This document shows, piece by piece, positions 31,378-41,481 of a stretch of DNA of 64,000 nt. Source of the DNA: Escherichia coli (GTDB lineage Bacteria; Pseudomonadota; Gammaproteobacteria; Enterobacterales; Enterobacteriaceae); assembly GCF_045037415.1 (NCBI RefSeq), contig NZ_CP173438.1. One strand, given 5' to 3'. The position numbers and the translations under genes were made by a program. Positions within the stretch are counted from its first letter, which is position 1; each line of letters opens with the position of its first letter. The notes under the pieces are model-generated. The model was not told where the DNA came from, ran no database searches, and saw nothing but the letters and a program-made list of their open reading frames with translations.

Positions 31378-31710
31378 ATGTTAAAAAAACAACTACTATC
31401 AATATTTGAAGCACTATTATATATAATGCTTACTTATTGGTTAATAGATTCTTTTTTTGCTTTCAATAAGTATGACTGGATGCTTGAGTCGGGAGACAAT
31501 ATTTGCAGTATACCTTCTGTTTCAGGCGAAGATCGTATATTACAAGCAATGATTGCAGCATTTTTTCTTCTGACACCACTTATTATTCTTATCTTAAGAA
31601 AACTCTTTATGCGGGAAATGTTCGAGTTTTGGCTATATGTATTCTCGCTCGTTATTTGTCTGGGTTGTGGTTGGTGGCTTTTTTGGGGACGGTTTATATT
31701 TTGCTATTAG
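31378..31710 (+). CDS. ygiZ: Small polytopic inner-membrane protein YgiZ, 110 aa; candidate cognate immunity protein
   Basis: Starts 6 nt after the effector stop on the same strand; three predicted TM helices; matches YgiZ in size and in position next to qseC. Confidence 0.7.
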   Translation: MLKKQLLSIFEALLYIMLTYWLIDSFFAFNKYDWMLESGDNICSIPSVSGEDRILQAMIAAFFLLTPLIILILRKLFMREMFEFWLYVFSLVICLGCGWWLFWGRFIFCY

Positions 31711-31755
31711 TAAAGTCTATGAGAGTCGTTTTAACGGCTCTCATAGACAGAGAAG

Positions 31756-33105
31756 TTACCAGCTTACCTTCGCTTCAAATCCACCTTGTTTCGCATTCCC
31801 AAAATCAACATTCATGCCATGCAATTTGGCGATTCGCTGGACAATCGATAGCCCAAGTCCACTGCCGGTAGCGGTTTGTCCGGGTGGGCGATAGAAGCGT
31901 TCGCCAATTCGCGCCAGTGCCTCTGGTGTCACACCAGGGCCGTTATCCCTCACGATGAAATTATCGGCATTCAGCGTGACGTCTACCACGCTACCTTGTG
32001 GACTGTAACGCACGGCGTTATCCAGCAAATTTCGCACCAACAAACTTAGCAATAGCGGTTGTCCGGTGCGTTTGATGCCGTTGGCATTGAGTGTCAGTCG
32101 CACGTCAATGTTCGCCTGCTGCGCCGTGTGGTAAATATCCATCACCGACGATTGCAGGAGATCTTCAAGCGGGATCTCCGCGACGTCCTGAAGGTTATCC
32201 AGTGAGTCCAGCCGCGATAGCGTGAGCAGTTGATCAACCAGACGAGTAGCGCGATCGATCCCGGAATGTAATTGGAGCAGCGCTTTTTTCCGCGCCTGCG
32301 GATCATCGTCAGAGAGCTGAGCAACTTCGGTTTGCACTTTCAGCGCCGTTAACGGGCTACGAAGTTCGTGAGCTGCGTCGGAGGTAAAGCGTCGTTCACG
32401 AACCATCATCGCATGTGTGCGGGCGAACAGTTGATTTAGCGACTCAACCAGTGGGCGCACTTCGCTGGGTACGCCCGTCGCGTTTAGTGGTTTTTCCGAG
32501 TCTGGGTCACGCATACGTAGTGCCAGCGCCAGTTTGTTCAGCGGCGCGAGTTCACGACCCAGTAGCACCATCATGATGATTAACATAATCGGCAGTGCGA
32601 CCAGCCACGGGATCAATTGTCCGGCAACAATCGCCAGCGCCATGTCTTCACGGTATTCCCATTCCTGACCCACAACGATGCGATATTTGCCATCAGGTGA
32701 GGTCATCCAGACAAAACGCCAGGGATCGTCTTCACCGACCAGTTGCCCGTCAGCAAAACCTTCCCGCTGATAGCTATAGGGAATATCTTCTCCGTTATCG
32801 CCATCGTTAAGGACCATTCTGCCGTCGTGGGTAAAGATGGCAAAAGTCAGCGCATCGTCATCAACATGACCGTGTTTTAATTTATTTGGCGTCTGTGCCA
32901 TGCGATCCGCCGCGTTGATTTCGTTGAGATCGAGCGTACTTAACCGTTTGGCAAACAGCATCAGTTGGGTGTCGAACAACTCATCGACGTTATCCGTTGT
33001 TTGTTTCCAGGCGACAAAGCTGGAAAGCAGCCAGGTCACCGAGGCCAGAATTAAAAAGATTAGCGTCAGCCTGACTCGCAGACTAAGACGTTGGGTAAAT
33101 TTCAT
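31756..33105 (-). CDS. qseC: Sensor histidine kinase QseC, 449 aa
   Basis: Two TM segments, HAMP, H-box (..[12 protein letters not shown]..) and HATPase region; overlaps the qseB stop. Confidence 0.9.
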   Translation of the reverse strand: MKFTQRLSLRVRLTLIFLILASVTWLLSSFVAWKQTTDNVDELFDTQLMLFAKRLSTLDLNEINAADRMAQTPNKLKHGHVDDDALTFAIFTHDGRMVLNDGDNGEDIPYSYQREGFADGQLVGEDDPWRFVWMTSPDGKYRIVVGQEWEYREDMALAIVAGQLIPWLVALPIMLIIMMVLLGRELAPLNKLALALRMRDPDSEKPLNATGVPSEVRPLVESLNQLFARTHAMMVRERRFTSDAAHELRSPLTALKVQTEVAQLSDDDPQARKKALLQLHSGIDRATRLVDQLLTLSRLDSLDNLQDVAEIPLEDLLQSSVMDIYHTAQQANIDVRLTLNANGIKRTGQPLLLSLLVRNLLDNAVRYSPQGSVVDVTLNADNFIVRDNGPGVTPEALARIGERFYRPPGQTATGSGLGLSIVQRIAKLHGMNVDFGNAKQGGFEAKVSW

Positions 33106-33761
33106 TTCTCACCTAATGTGTAGCCAATACCATGCACGGTACGAATAAAATCACTACCGAGTTTGCGTCGCAGATGATGCACATGCACTTCAACGGCATT
33201 ACTGGTGACCTCTTCGTCCCAGGTATACAGTTTCTCTTCAATCAGTTTGCGCGGCAGTACCCGACCAGCGTTACGCATCAGTAATTCCAGCAGGGCAAAT
33301 TCTTTTGGTTTCAGCGTTAAGGGTTCGCCAGCCAGCGTGGCGATACGTTTGCCGGGGTCGAGCATGACGTTGCCGTGGCGCAGCTCGTTGCTGGCCTGGC
33401 CGTTGGTTCGGCGCATCAGAGCTTCCAGCCTGGCGGCGACTTCTATCAACGCAAAAGGTTTACACAGATAATCGTCAGCTCCCAGACGCAGCCCTTCTAC
33501 ACGTTCCGCCAGCGCATCGCGCGCAGTCAGGATCAATACAGGCTCACGCTGACCTTTTTCTCGCCATTCGCGCAAAATATCGCGACCATCCATGCCTGGT
33601 AAGGTTAAATCCAGGATCACCGCATCATAAGGTGCGCTATATAGCGCCTCTTTTCCCTGACGACCTTGTGTAAACCAGTCGACGCTAAAACCCATTTTAC
33701 TAAGGCCCGTTTTGATGCCGTCGCCAATCAGCATGTCATCTTCTATCAGTAAAATTCGCAT
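33102..33761 (-). CDS. qseB: Response regulator QseB (OmpR family), 219 aa
   Basis: [15 protein letters not shown]... receiver domain plus winged-helix C-terminus; upstream of qseC with 4-bp overlap. Confidence 0.9.
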   Translation of the reverse strand: MRILLIEDDMLIGDGIKTGLSKMGFSVDWFTQGRQGKEALYSAPYDAVILDLTLPGMDGRDILREWREKGQREPVLILTARDALAERVEGLRLGADDYLCKPFALIEVAARLEALMRRTNGQASNELRHGNVMLDPGKRIATLAGEPLTLKPKEFALLELLMRNAGRVLPRKLIEEKLYTWDEEVTSNAVEVHVHHLRRKLGSDFIRTVHGIGYTLGEK

Positions 33762-33912
33762 TTTTTCATCCCTGCGATAACCGTATTTGCTGCCAGTAAA
33801 CCGTGTTGTAACGCGCTCTGTACAGCATTAAATTTTATTTTTTTCCCTTAAGAAGTTGTTAAGGACTATCTTGTTAAATGCTCGGAAACAGACATTAAAG
33901 GGAGTAATAAAC

Positions 33913-34305
33913 ATGAAAAAATTCGCAGCAGTAATCGCAGTAATGGCCCTGTGCAGTGCACCGGTTATGGCAGCAGAGCAGGGAGGTTTTTCTGGCCCAT
34001 CGGCAACGCAAAGTCAGGCCGGAGGATTCCAGGGGCCGAACGGCAGCGTAACGACTGTAGAAAGCGCAAAATCCCTGCGTGACGACACCTGGGTAACCCT
34101 ACGCGGCAATATCGTTGAACGCATCTCTGACGATCTCTACGTGTTCAAAGATGCCAGCGGTACTATCAATGTTGATATCGACCATAAACGCTGGAACGGC
34201 GTGACGGTGACGCCGAAAGATACGGTTGAGATTCAGGGTGAAGTCGATAAAGACTGGAACTCTGTTGAAATTGACGTCAAACAGATCCGCAAAGTAAATC
34301 CGTAA
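33913..34305 (+). CDS. ygiW: Periplasmic BOF/OB-fold stress protein YgiW (VisP), 130 aa
   Basis: ORF 33856..34305; start at MKKFAAVIAVMALCSAPVMA (signal peptide); divergent from qseB. Confidence 0.85.
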   Translation: MKKFAAVIAVMALCSAPVMAAEQGGFSGPSATQSQAGGFQGPNGSVTTVESAKSLRDDTWVTLRGNIVERISDDLYVFKDASGTINVDIDHKRWNGVTVTPKDTVEIQGEVDKDWNSVEIDVKQIRKVNP

Positions 34306-34357
34306 TTGTTACCGCTCCCGGGACGCGTTCCCGGGAATAATTTCGCAGGGAGGCAAA

Positions 34358-34840
34358 ATGACAAACCTGACACTGGATGTAAATATTATCGATTTCCCAT
34401 CAATCCCTGTGGCGATGTTGCCGCACCGCTGTAGCCCTGAGTTGCTCAACTACAGCGTGGCGAAATTTATCATGTGGCGTAAAGAGACGGGGCTTTCTCC
34501 TGTTAACCAAAGCCAGACTTTTGGCGTCGCCTGGGACGACCCTGCCACCACCGCACCAGATGCGTTTCGCTTTGATATCTGCGGCAGCGTTAGCGAACCG
34601 ATCCCCGATAATCGTTATGGCGTAAGTAATGGTGAACTTACCGGTGGACGTTATGCTGTGGCCCGCCATGTTGGCGAGCTGGACGATATTTCACACACGA
34701 TATGGGGCATCATTCGCCACTGGCTGCCTGCAAGCGGCGAGAAAATGCGTAAAGCACCGATTCTGTTTCACTACACCAATCTTGCCGAAGGGATGACAGA
34801 GCAGCGACTGGAAATGGATGTTTATGTACCGTTAGCGTGA
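34358..34840 (+). CDS. ygiV: GyrI-like domain protein YgiV, 160 aa
   Basis: 160-aa cytoplasmic protein downstream of ygiW; family and context consistent with YgiV. Confidence 0.8.
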   Translation: MTNLTLDVNIIDFPSIPVAMLPHRCSPELLNYSVAKFIMWRKETGLSPVNQSQTFGVAWDDPATTAPDAFRFDICGSVSEPIPDNRYGVSNGELTGGRYAVARHVGELDDISHTIWGIIRHWLPASGEKMRKAPILFHYTNLAEGMTEQRLEMDVYVPLA

Positions 34841-34948
34841 TGGGGAATCTTTACCGGAGTGTGAGCCAAATCACTCGCGATAAGTTTGAGCAAACAATGC
34901 CACAGGCGTATTGTTGTCGGGCTTATAATTTCTCCGGTAAGGAATACC

Positions 34949-36556
34949 ATGTATACGCGAAATTTATTATGGCTGGTCAGCCTGGTAAGTGCGGCTCCTC
35001 TCTACGCTGCTGACGTTCCCGCCAACACACCGCTCGCCCCGCAACAAGTCTTTCGTTACAACAATCATAGCGACCCAGGCACGCTCGACCCGCAAAAGGT
35101 AGAGGAGAATACCGCCGCGCAGATTGTGCTGGATCTGTTTGAAGGTCTGGTATGGATGGACGGTGAAGGCCAGGTGCAGCCCGCTCAGGCTGAACGCTGG
35201 GAGATACTTGACGGCGGCAAGCGCTATATTTTCCATCTGCGTAGCGGTTTGCAGTGGTCAGACGGTCAGCCTCTGACGGCAGAGGATTTTGTCCTCGGCT
35301 GGCAGCGCGCGGTTGACCCGAAAACGGCAAGCCCTTTTGCTGGCTATCTGGCACAGGCGCACATTAACAATGCCGCGGCTATTGTTGCGGGTAAAGCAGA
35401 TGTTACATCGCTGGGTGTCAAAGCGATGGATGATCGTACTCTTGAAGTTACGCTTGAGCAGCCGGTTCCTTGGTTCACGACGATGCTCGCCTGGCCGACG
35501 CTGTTCCCGGTTCCTCATCATGTCATCGCTAAACATGGCGATAGCTGGAGTAAGCCAGAGAACATGGTTTACAACGGTGCCTTTGTGCTTGATAAATGGG
35601 TAGTTAACGAAAAGATTACTGCACGCAAAAATCCAAAGTACCGCGATGCGCAACATACAGTATTGCAACAGGTTGAGTATCTGGCGCTGGATAATTCGGT
35701 CACCGGCTATAACCGCTATCGCGCGGGAGAGGTCGATCTCACCTGGGTTCCGGCGCAGCAAATTCCCGCCATTGAAAAATCACTGCCTGGCGAGCTACGA
35801 ATTATCCCGCGTCTGAACAGCGAATATTACAACTTTAACCTTGAGAAACCGCCATTTAACGATGTGCGGGTGCGTCGGGCGCTATATCTTACGGTTGATC
35901 GACAGCTTATTGCGCAAAAGGTACTGGGGTTGAGAACGCCCGCAACCACGCTGACGCCGCCAGAGGTAAAAGGCTTTAGCGCGACGACGTTCGATGAACT
36001 GCAAAAGCCAATGAGTGAGCGCGTCGCGATGGCAAAAGTCTTGCTGAAACAGGCGGGATACGACGCCTCTCATCCGCTACGCTTTGAGCTGTTCTACAAC
36101 AAGTACGATCTGCATGAAAAGACCGCGATAGCGTTGTCTTCCGAATGGAAAAAATGGCTGGGTGCACAGGTGACGCTGCGCACAATGGAGTGGAAAACCT
36201 ATCTTGATGCCCGACGAGCCGGTGATTTTATGCTGTCTCGGCAGTCGTGGGATGCGACGTACAATGATGCCTCCAGCTTCCTGAACACGCTCAAAAGCGA
36301 TAGTGAAGAAAACGTCGGCCACTGGAAAAACGCGCAGTATGACGCCTTACTAAACCAGGCGGCACAAACGGCTGATGCAACAAAGCGTAATGCGCTGTAT
36401 CAGCAGGCAGAAGTGATCATCAACCAGCAGGCACCGCTGATTCCCATCTACTATCAGCCGTTAATCAAACTGCTTAAACCCTACGTTGGCGGTTTTCCGC
36501 TGCATAATCCCCAGGATTATGTCTACAGCAAAGAGTTGTATATCAAGGCACATTGA
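34949..36556 (+). CDS. ygiS: Periplasmic solute-binding protein YgiS (OppA/DppA family), 535 aa
   Basis: ORF 34886..36556; start at MYTRNLLWLVSLVSAAPLYA (signal peptide); family 5 SBP composition. Confidence 0.85.
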   Translation: MYTRNLLWLVSLVSAAPLYAADVPANTPLAPQQVFRYNNHSDPGTLDPQKVEENTAAQIVLDLFEGLVWMDGEGQVQPAQAERWEILDGGKRYIFHLRSGLQWSDGQPLTAEDFVLGWQRAVDPKTASPFAGYLAQAHINNAAAIVAGKADVTSLGVKAMDDRTLEVTLEQPVPWFTTMLAWPTLFPVPHHVIAKHGDSWSKPENMVYNGAFVLDKWVVNEKITARKNPKYRDAQHTVLQQVEYLALDNSVTGYNRYRAGEVDLTWVPAQQIPAIEKSLPGELRIIPRLNSEYYNFNLEKPPFNDVRVRRALYLTVDRQLIAQKVLGLRTPATTLTPPEVKGFSATTFDELQKPMSERVAMAKVLLKQAGYDASHPLRFELFYNKYDLHEKTAIALSSEWKKWLGAQVTLRTMEWKTYLDARRAGDFMLSRQSWDATYNDASSFLNTLKSDSEENVGHWKNAQYDALLNQAAQTADATKRNALYQQAEVIINQQAPLIPIYYQPLIKLLKPYVGGFPLHNPQDYVYSKELYIKAH

Positions 36557-36565
36557 TGCCTTTAT

Positions 36566-36590
36566 CGCCGCCGGAGCACGTCCGGCGGCG
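36566..36590. repeat. GC-rich hairpin (CGCCGCCGGA-GCACG-TCCGGCGGCG) downstream of ygiS; terminator- or REP-like
   Basis: 10-bp perfect inverted repeat 10 nt after the ygiS stop; no T run follows. Confidence 0.3.
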
Positions 36591-36693
36591 CTATTCACGC
36601 TGATCTCCTGTGACTCGACGCGGCAGATAATGTAGTATCTCCGGCAATATTGCCCCTTTGAAGGCTGGCGAATAAGTTGAGGAATCAGAATTA

Positions 36694-38952
36694 ATGAGCG
36701 ATATGGCAGAGCGCCTTGCGCTACATGAATTTACGGAAAACGCCTACTTAAACTACTCCATGTACGTGATCATGGACCGTGCGTTGCCGTTTATTGGTGA
36801 TGGTCTGAAACCTGTTCAGCGCCGCATTGTGTATGCGATGTCTGAGCTGGGCCTGAATGCCAGCGCCAAATTTAAAAAATCGGCCCGTACCGTCGGTGAC
36901 GTACTGGGTAAATACCATCCGCACGGCGATATTGCCTGTTATGTAGCGATGGTCCTGATGGCGCAGCCGTTCTCTTACCGTTATCCGCTGGTTGATGGTC
37001 AGGGGAACTGGGGGGCGCCGGACGATCCGAAATCGTTCGCGGCAATGCGTTACACCGAATCCCGGTTGTCGAAATATTCCGAGCTGCTATTGAGCGAGCT
37101 GGGGCAGGGGACGGCTGACTGGGTGCCAAACTTCGACGGCACTTTGCAGGAGCCGAAAATGCTGCCTGCCCGTCTGCCAAACATTTTGCTTAACGGCACC
37201 ACCGGTATTGCCGTCGGCATGGCGACCGATATTCCACCGCATAACCTGCGTGAAGTGGCTCAGGCGGTAATTGCCTTAATCGACCAGCCGAAAACCACGC
37301 TCGATCAGCTGCTGGATATCGTGCAGGGGCCGGATTATCCGACTGAAGCGGAAATTATCACTTCGCGCGCCGAGATTCGTAAAATCTACGAGAACGGACG
37401 TGGTTCAGTGCGTATGCGCGCGGTTTGGAAGAAGGAAGATGGCGCGGTGGTTATCAGCGCATTGCCGCATCAGGTTTCAGGTGCGCGCGTACTGGAGCAA
37501 ATTGCTGCGCAAATGCGCAACAAAAAGCTGCCGATGGTTGACGATCTGCGCGATGAATCTGACCACGAGAACCCGACCCGTCTGGTGATTGTGCCGCGTT
37601 CCAACCGCGTGGATATGGATCAGGTGATGAACCACCTCTTTGCTACCACCGATCTGGAAAAGAGCTATCGCATTAACCTCAATATGATCGGTCTGGATGG
37701 TCGTCCGGCGGTGAAAAACCTGCTGGAAATCCTCTCCGAATGGCTGGTGTTCCGCCGCGATACCGTGCGCCGCCGACTGAACTATCGTCTGGAGAAAGTT
37801 CTCAAGCGCCTGCATATCCTCGAAGGTTTGCTGGTGGCGTTTCTCAATATCGACGAAGTGATTGAGATCATTCGTAATGAAGATGAACCGAAACCGGCGC
37901 TGATGTCGCGGTTTGGCCTTACGGAAACCCAGGCGGAAGCGATCCTCGAACTGAAACTGCGTCATCTTGCCAAACTGGAAGAGATGAAGATTCGCGGTGA
38001 GCAGAGTGAGCTGGAAAAAGAGCGCGACCAGTTGCAGGGCATTTTGGCTTCCGAGCGTAAAATGAATAACCTGCTGAAGAAAGAACTGCAGGCAGACGCG
38101 CAAGGCTACGGTGACGAACGTCGTTCGCCGTTGCATGAACGCGAAGAAGCGAAAGCGATGAGCGAGCACGACATGCTGCCGTCTGAACCTGTCACCATTG
38201 TGCTGTCGCAGATGGGCTGGGTACGCAGCGCTAAAGGCCATGATATCGACGCGCCGGGCCTGAATTATAAAGCGGGTGATAGCTTCAAAGCGGCGGTGAA
38301 AGGTAAGAGCAACCAACCGGTAGTGTTTGTTGATTCCACCGGTCGTAGCTATGCCATCGACCCGATTACGCTGCCGTCGGCGCGTGGTCAGGGCGAGCCG
38401 CTCACCGGCAAATTAACGTTGCCGCCTGGAGCGACCGTTGACCATATGCTGATGGAAAGCGACGATCAGAAACTGCTGATGGCTTCCGATGCGGGTTACG
38501 GTTTCGTCTGCACCTTTAACGATCTGGTGGCGCGTAACCGTGCAGGTAAGGCTTTGATCACCTTACCGGAAAATGCCCATGTTATGCCGCCGGTGGTGAT
38601 TGAAGATGCTTCCGATATGCTGCTGGCAATCACTCAGGCAGGCCGTATGTTGATGTTCCCGGTAAGCGATCTGCCGCAGCTGTCGAAGGGCAAAGGCAAC
38701 AAGATTATCAACATTCCATCGGCAGAAGCCGCGCGTGGCGAGGATGGCCTGGCGCAACTGTACGTTCTGCCGCCGCAAAGCACGCTGACCATTCATGTTG
38801 GGAAACGCAAAATTAAACTGCGTCCGGAAGAGCTACAGAAAGTCACTGGCGAACGTGGACGCCGCGGTACGTTGATGCGCGGTTTGCAGCGTATCGATCG
38901 TGTTGAGATCGACTCTCCTCGCCGTGCCAGCAGCGGTGATAGCGAAGAGTAA
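36694..38952 (+). CDS. parC: DNA topoisomerase IV subunit A ParC, 752 aa
   Basis: Product [49 protein letters not shown]... with the active-site region AAMRYTE. Confidence 0.95.
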   Translation: MSDMAERLALHEFTENAYLNYSMYVIMDRALPFIGDGLKPVQRRIVYAMSELGLNASAKFKKSARTVGDVLGKYHPHGDIACYVAMVLMAQPFSYRYPLVDGQGNWGAPDDPKSFAAMRYTESRLSKYSELLLSELGQGTADWVPNFDGTLQEPKMLPARLPNILLNGTTGIAVGMATDIPPHNLREVAQAVIALIDQPKTTLDQLLDIVQGPDYPTEAEIITSRAEIRKIYENGRGSVRMRAVWKKEDGAVVISALPHQVSGARVLEQIAAQMRNKKLPMVDDLRDESDHENPTRLVIVPRSNRVDMDQVMNHLFATTDLEKSYRINLNMIGLDGRPAVKNLLEILSEWLVFRRDTVRRRLNYRLEKVLKRLHILEGLLVAFLNIDEVIEIIRNEDEPKPALMSRFGLTETQAEAILELKLRHLAKLEEMKIRGEQSELEKERDQLQGILASERKMNNLLKKELQADAQGYGDERRSPLHEREEAKAMSEHDMLPSEPVTIVLSQMGWVRSAKGHDIDAPGLNYKAGDSFKAAVKGKSNQPVVFVDSTGRSYAIDPITLPSARGQGEPLTGKLTLPPGATVDHMLMESDDQKLLMASDAGYGFVCTFNDLVARNRAGKALITLPENAHVMPPVVIEDASDMLLAITQAGRMLMFPVSDLPQLSKGKGNKIINIPSAEAARGEDGLAQLYVLPPQSTLTIHVGKRKIKLRPEELQKVTGERGRRGTLMRGLQRIDRVEIDSPRRASSGDSEE

Positions 38953-38992
38953 TATGCCGGGGAGGGCGCTGTTTCCTCCCGCTTGCAAGGAA

Positions 38993-39023
38993 CGCCGGAT
39001 GAAACGTTAAGTCGTCATCCGGC
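38993..39023. repeat. REP-like palindromic element (GCCGGATGA ... TCATCCGGC) in the parC-plsC intergenic region
   Basis: 9-bp inverted repeat with GCCGGATG-type arms characteristic of enterobacterial REP units. Confidence 0.4.
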
Positions 39024-39186
39024 AGCGTATTCAATCCCCGGAAACGATAAAAATTCCCTTGAAACCGTTGTTTATTCATGCGTTGCGATTAACAATACGC
39101 TTTTCCAGAGAGCGGCTTTTAACAATGCCCTAACCTGATTTTCAGGTGACGTACAATGCCAGTCTCTCAGACCTTCAGAGGGTGTT

Positions 39187-39924
39187 ATGCTATATATCTT
39201 TCGTCTTATTATTACCGTGATTTACAGCATCTTAGTCTGTGTATTCGGCTCCATTTACTGCCTTTTCAGCCCGCGTAATCCGAAACATGTGGCCACCTTT
39301 GGGCATATGTTTGGTCGTCTTGCGCCGCTTTTCGGCCTGAAAGTGGAGTGCCGCAAACCTGCAGACGCTGAAAACTACGGCAATGCTATCTATATTGCTA
39401 ACCACCAGAACAATTATGACATGGTGACGGCATCGAACATTGTGCAGCCGCCGACAGTGACGGTAGGTAAAAAGAGTTTGCTGTGGATCCCCTTCTTCGG
39501 GCAGTTGTATTGGTTAACCGGCAACTTATTGATCGACAGAAACAATCGCACTAAAGCTCACGGCACTATTGCGGAAGTAGTGAATCACTTCAAAAAACGC
39601 CGTATTTCCATCTGGATGTTCCCGGAAGGAACCCGCAGCCGTGGTCGCGGCCTGCTGCCGTTCAAGACCGGGGCATTTCACGCGGCAATTGCGGCGGGCG
39701 TCCCGATTATACCCGTGTGCGTCTCTACAACTTCGAATAAGATTAATCTTAATCGGCTACACAACGGTCTGGTGATTGTCGAAATGCTGCCGCCAATTGA
39801 CGTCAGTCAGTATGGCAAAGATCAGGTTCGCGAGTTGGCTGCCCATTGTCGTTCGATAATGGAACAAAAAATCGCCGAGCTCGATAAAGAAGTCGCAGAA
39901 CGCGAAGCCGCCGGAAAAGTTTAA
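39187..39924 (+). CDS. plsC: 1-acyl-sn-glycerol-3-phosphate acyltransferase PlsC, 245 aa
   Basis: Acyltransferase motifs NHQNNYD and FPEGTRS in the product. Confidence 0.9.
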   Translation: MLYIFRLIITVIYSILVCVFGSIYCLFSPRNPKHVATFGHMFGRLAPLFGLKVECRKPADAENYGNAIYIANHQNNYDMVTASNIVQPPTVTVGKKSLLWIPFFGQLYWLTGNLLIDRNNRTKAHGTIAEVVNHFKKRRISIWMFPEGTRSRGRGLLPFKTGAFHAAIAAGVPIIPVCVSTTSNKINLNRLHNGLVIVEMLPPIDVSQYGKDQVRELAAHCRSIMEQKIAELDKEVAEREAAGKV

Positions 39925-39998
39925 GTCGGCAATCTGTATTTTTGCGGGGAACACTTTCCTGCACGGTATTACTTTAGCCAGTTTTACATGGAGCAAAT

Positions 39999-41411
39999 AT
40001 GTCACTCAGTCGGCGTCAGTTCATTCAGGCATCGGGGATTGCACTTTGTGCAGGCGCTGTTCCCCTGAAGGCCAGCGCAGCCGGGCAACAGCAACCGCTA
40101 CCCGTTCCGCCGCTGCTTGAATCTCGCCGTGGGCAACCGCTGTTTATGACTGTACAACGTGCGCACTGGTCATTTACGCCAGGGACACGCGCGTCGGTTT
40201 GGGGAATCAATGGTCGTTACCTGGGGCCGACTATCCGCGTCTGGAAGGGCGACGATGTTAAGCTTATTTACAGCAACCGCCTGACAGAAAATGTCTCAAT
40301 GACGGTGGCCGGGCTACAGGTACCTGGCCCGCTGATGGGCGGTCCGGCACGGATGATGTCGCCAAACGCTGACTGGGCACCCGTACTGCCCATTCGCCAG
40401 AACGCAGCTACTCTGTGGTATCACGCCAATACTCCCAACCGCACGGCTCAGCAGGTCTATAACGGCCTTGCCGGAATGTGGCTGGTGGAAGATGAAGTCA
40501 GTAAATCGCTGCCTATCCCCAACCATTATGGTGTGGATGATTTTCCTGTCATTATTCAGGATAAACGGCTGGATAACTTTGGTACGCCAGAATATAACGA
40601 ACCTGGAAGCGGCGGCTTTGTTGGCGATACGCTACTGGTTAACGGTGTACAAAGCCCGTACGTTGAAGTCTCGCGTGGCTGGGTGCGCTTGCGTCTGTTG
40701 AACGCGTCGAACTCTCGTCGCTATCAACTACAGATGAGCGATGGTCGCCCGTTACATGTGATTTCTGGCGATCAGGGATTCCTGCCCGCTCCTGTATCGG
40801 TGAAGCAACTTTCGCTGGCACCGGGCGAGCGTCGTGAGATTCTGGTGGATATGAGCAACGGTGATGAAGTGTCGATTACCTGTGGCGAAGCGGCGAGCAT
40901 TGTTGATCGTATTCGTGGCTTCTTTGAGCCATCCAGCATTCTGGTTTCTACGCTGGTGCTAACGCTGCGCCCAACCGGCCTTCTGCCGCTGGTCACAGAC
41001 AGTCTTCCGATGCGCTTGCTGCCAACTGAAATCATGGCCGGTTCGCCGATTCGAAGTCGTGATATCAGTCTGGGTGATGACCCGGGGATTAATGGGCAGT
41101 TGTGGGACGTCAACCGTATTGATGTTACTGCGCAGCAAGGAACGTGGGAACGCTGGACGGTGCGCGCGGACGAGCCGCAAGCGTTCCATATTGAAGGCGT
41201 GATGTTCCAGATCCGTAACGTGAATGGCGCGATGCCGTTCCCGGAAGACAGAGGCTGGAAAGATACCGTTTGGGTTGACGGACAAGTGGAGCTGCTTGTT
41301 TATTTCGGTCAGCCTTCCTGGGCGCACTTCCCGTTCTACTTCAACAGTCAGACGCTGGAAATGGCGGACCGTGGCTCGATTGGGCAACTGTTGGTCAATC
41401 CGGTACCGTAA
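39999..41411 (+). CDS. ftsP: Cell division protein FtsP (SufI), multicopper-oxidase fold, Tat-secreted, 470 aa
   Basis: Twin-arginine signal MSLSRRQFIQASGIALCAGAVPLKASA; cupredoxin-like domains. Confidence 0.9.
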   Translation: MSLSRRQFIQASGIALCAGAVPLKASAAGQQQPLPVPPLLESRRGQPLFMTVQRAHWSFTPGTRASVWGINGRYLGPTIRVWKGDDVKLIYSNRLTENVSMTVAGLQVPGPLMGGPARMMSPNADWAPVLPIRQNAATLWYHANTPNRTAQQVYNGLAGMWLVEDEVSKSLPIPNHYGVDDFPVIIQDKRLDNFGTPEYNEPGSGGFVGDTLLVNGVQSPYVEVSRGWVRLRLLNASNSRRYQLQMSDGRPLHVISGDQGFLPAPVSVKQLSLAPGERREILVDMSNGDEVSITCGEAASIVDRIRGFFEPSSILVSTLVLTLRPTGLLPLVTDSLPMRLLPTEIMAGSPIRSRDISLGDDPGINGQLWDVNRIDVTAQQGTWERWTVRADEPQAFHIEGVMFQIRNVNGAMPFPEDRGWKDTVWVDGQVELLVYFGQPSWAHFPFYFNSQTLEMADRGSIGQLLVNPVP

Positions 41412-41422
41412 TGGACCAATTC

Positions 41423-41448
41423 AATGCCCCACAGAGTGGTGGGGCATT
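41423..41448. terminator. Hairpin (AATGCCCCAC-AGAGTG-GTGGGGCATT) between ftsP (+) and the TRAP transporter operon (-)
   Basis: 10-bp perfect inverted repeat between convergent genes. Confidence 0.45.
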
Positions 41449-41481
41449 GAAAATTACTCAGTATGCAGTCTTCATTGTGTA

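Noticed and set aside
36566-36590. GC hairpin after ygiS as a rho-independent terminator
   Set aside because: Perfect 10-bp stem but no following T tract; kept only as a low-confidence repeat/hairpin feature rather than a terminator.
37477-38316. 279-aa minus-strand ORF lying entirely inside parC
   Set aside because: Antisense to a highly conserved essential gene; Arg/His/Phe-rich low-complexity product (..[21 protein letters not shown]..); no Shine-Dalgarno sequence. Typical spurious antisense frame in GC-rich coding DNA.
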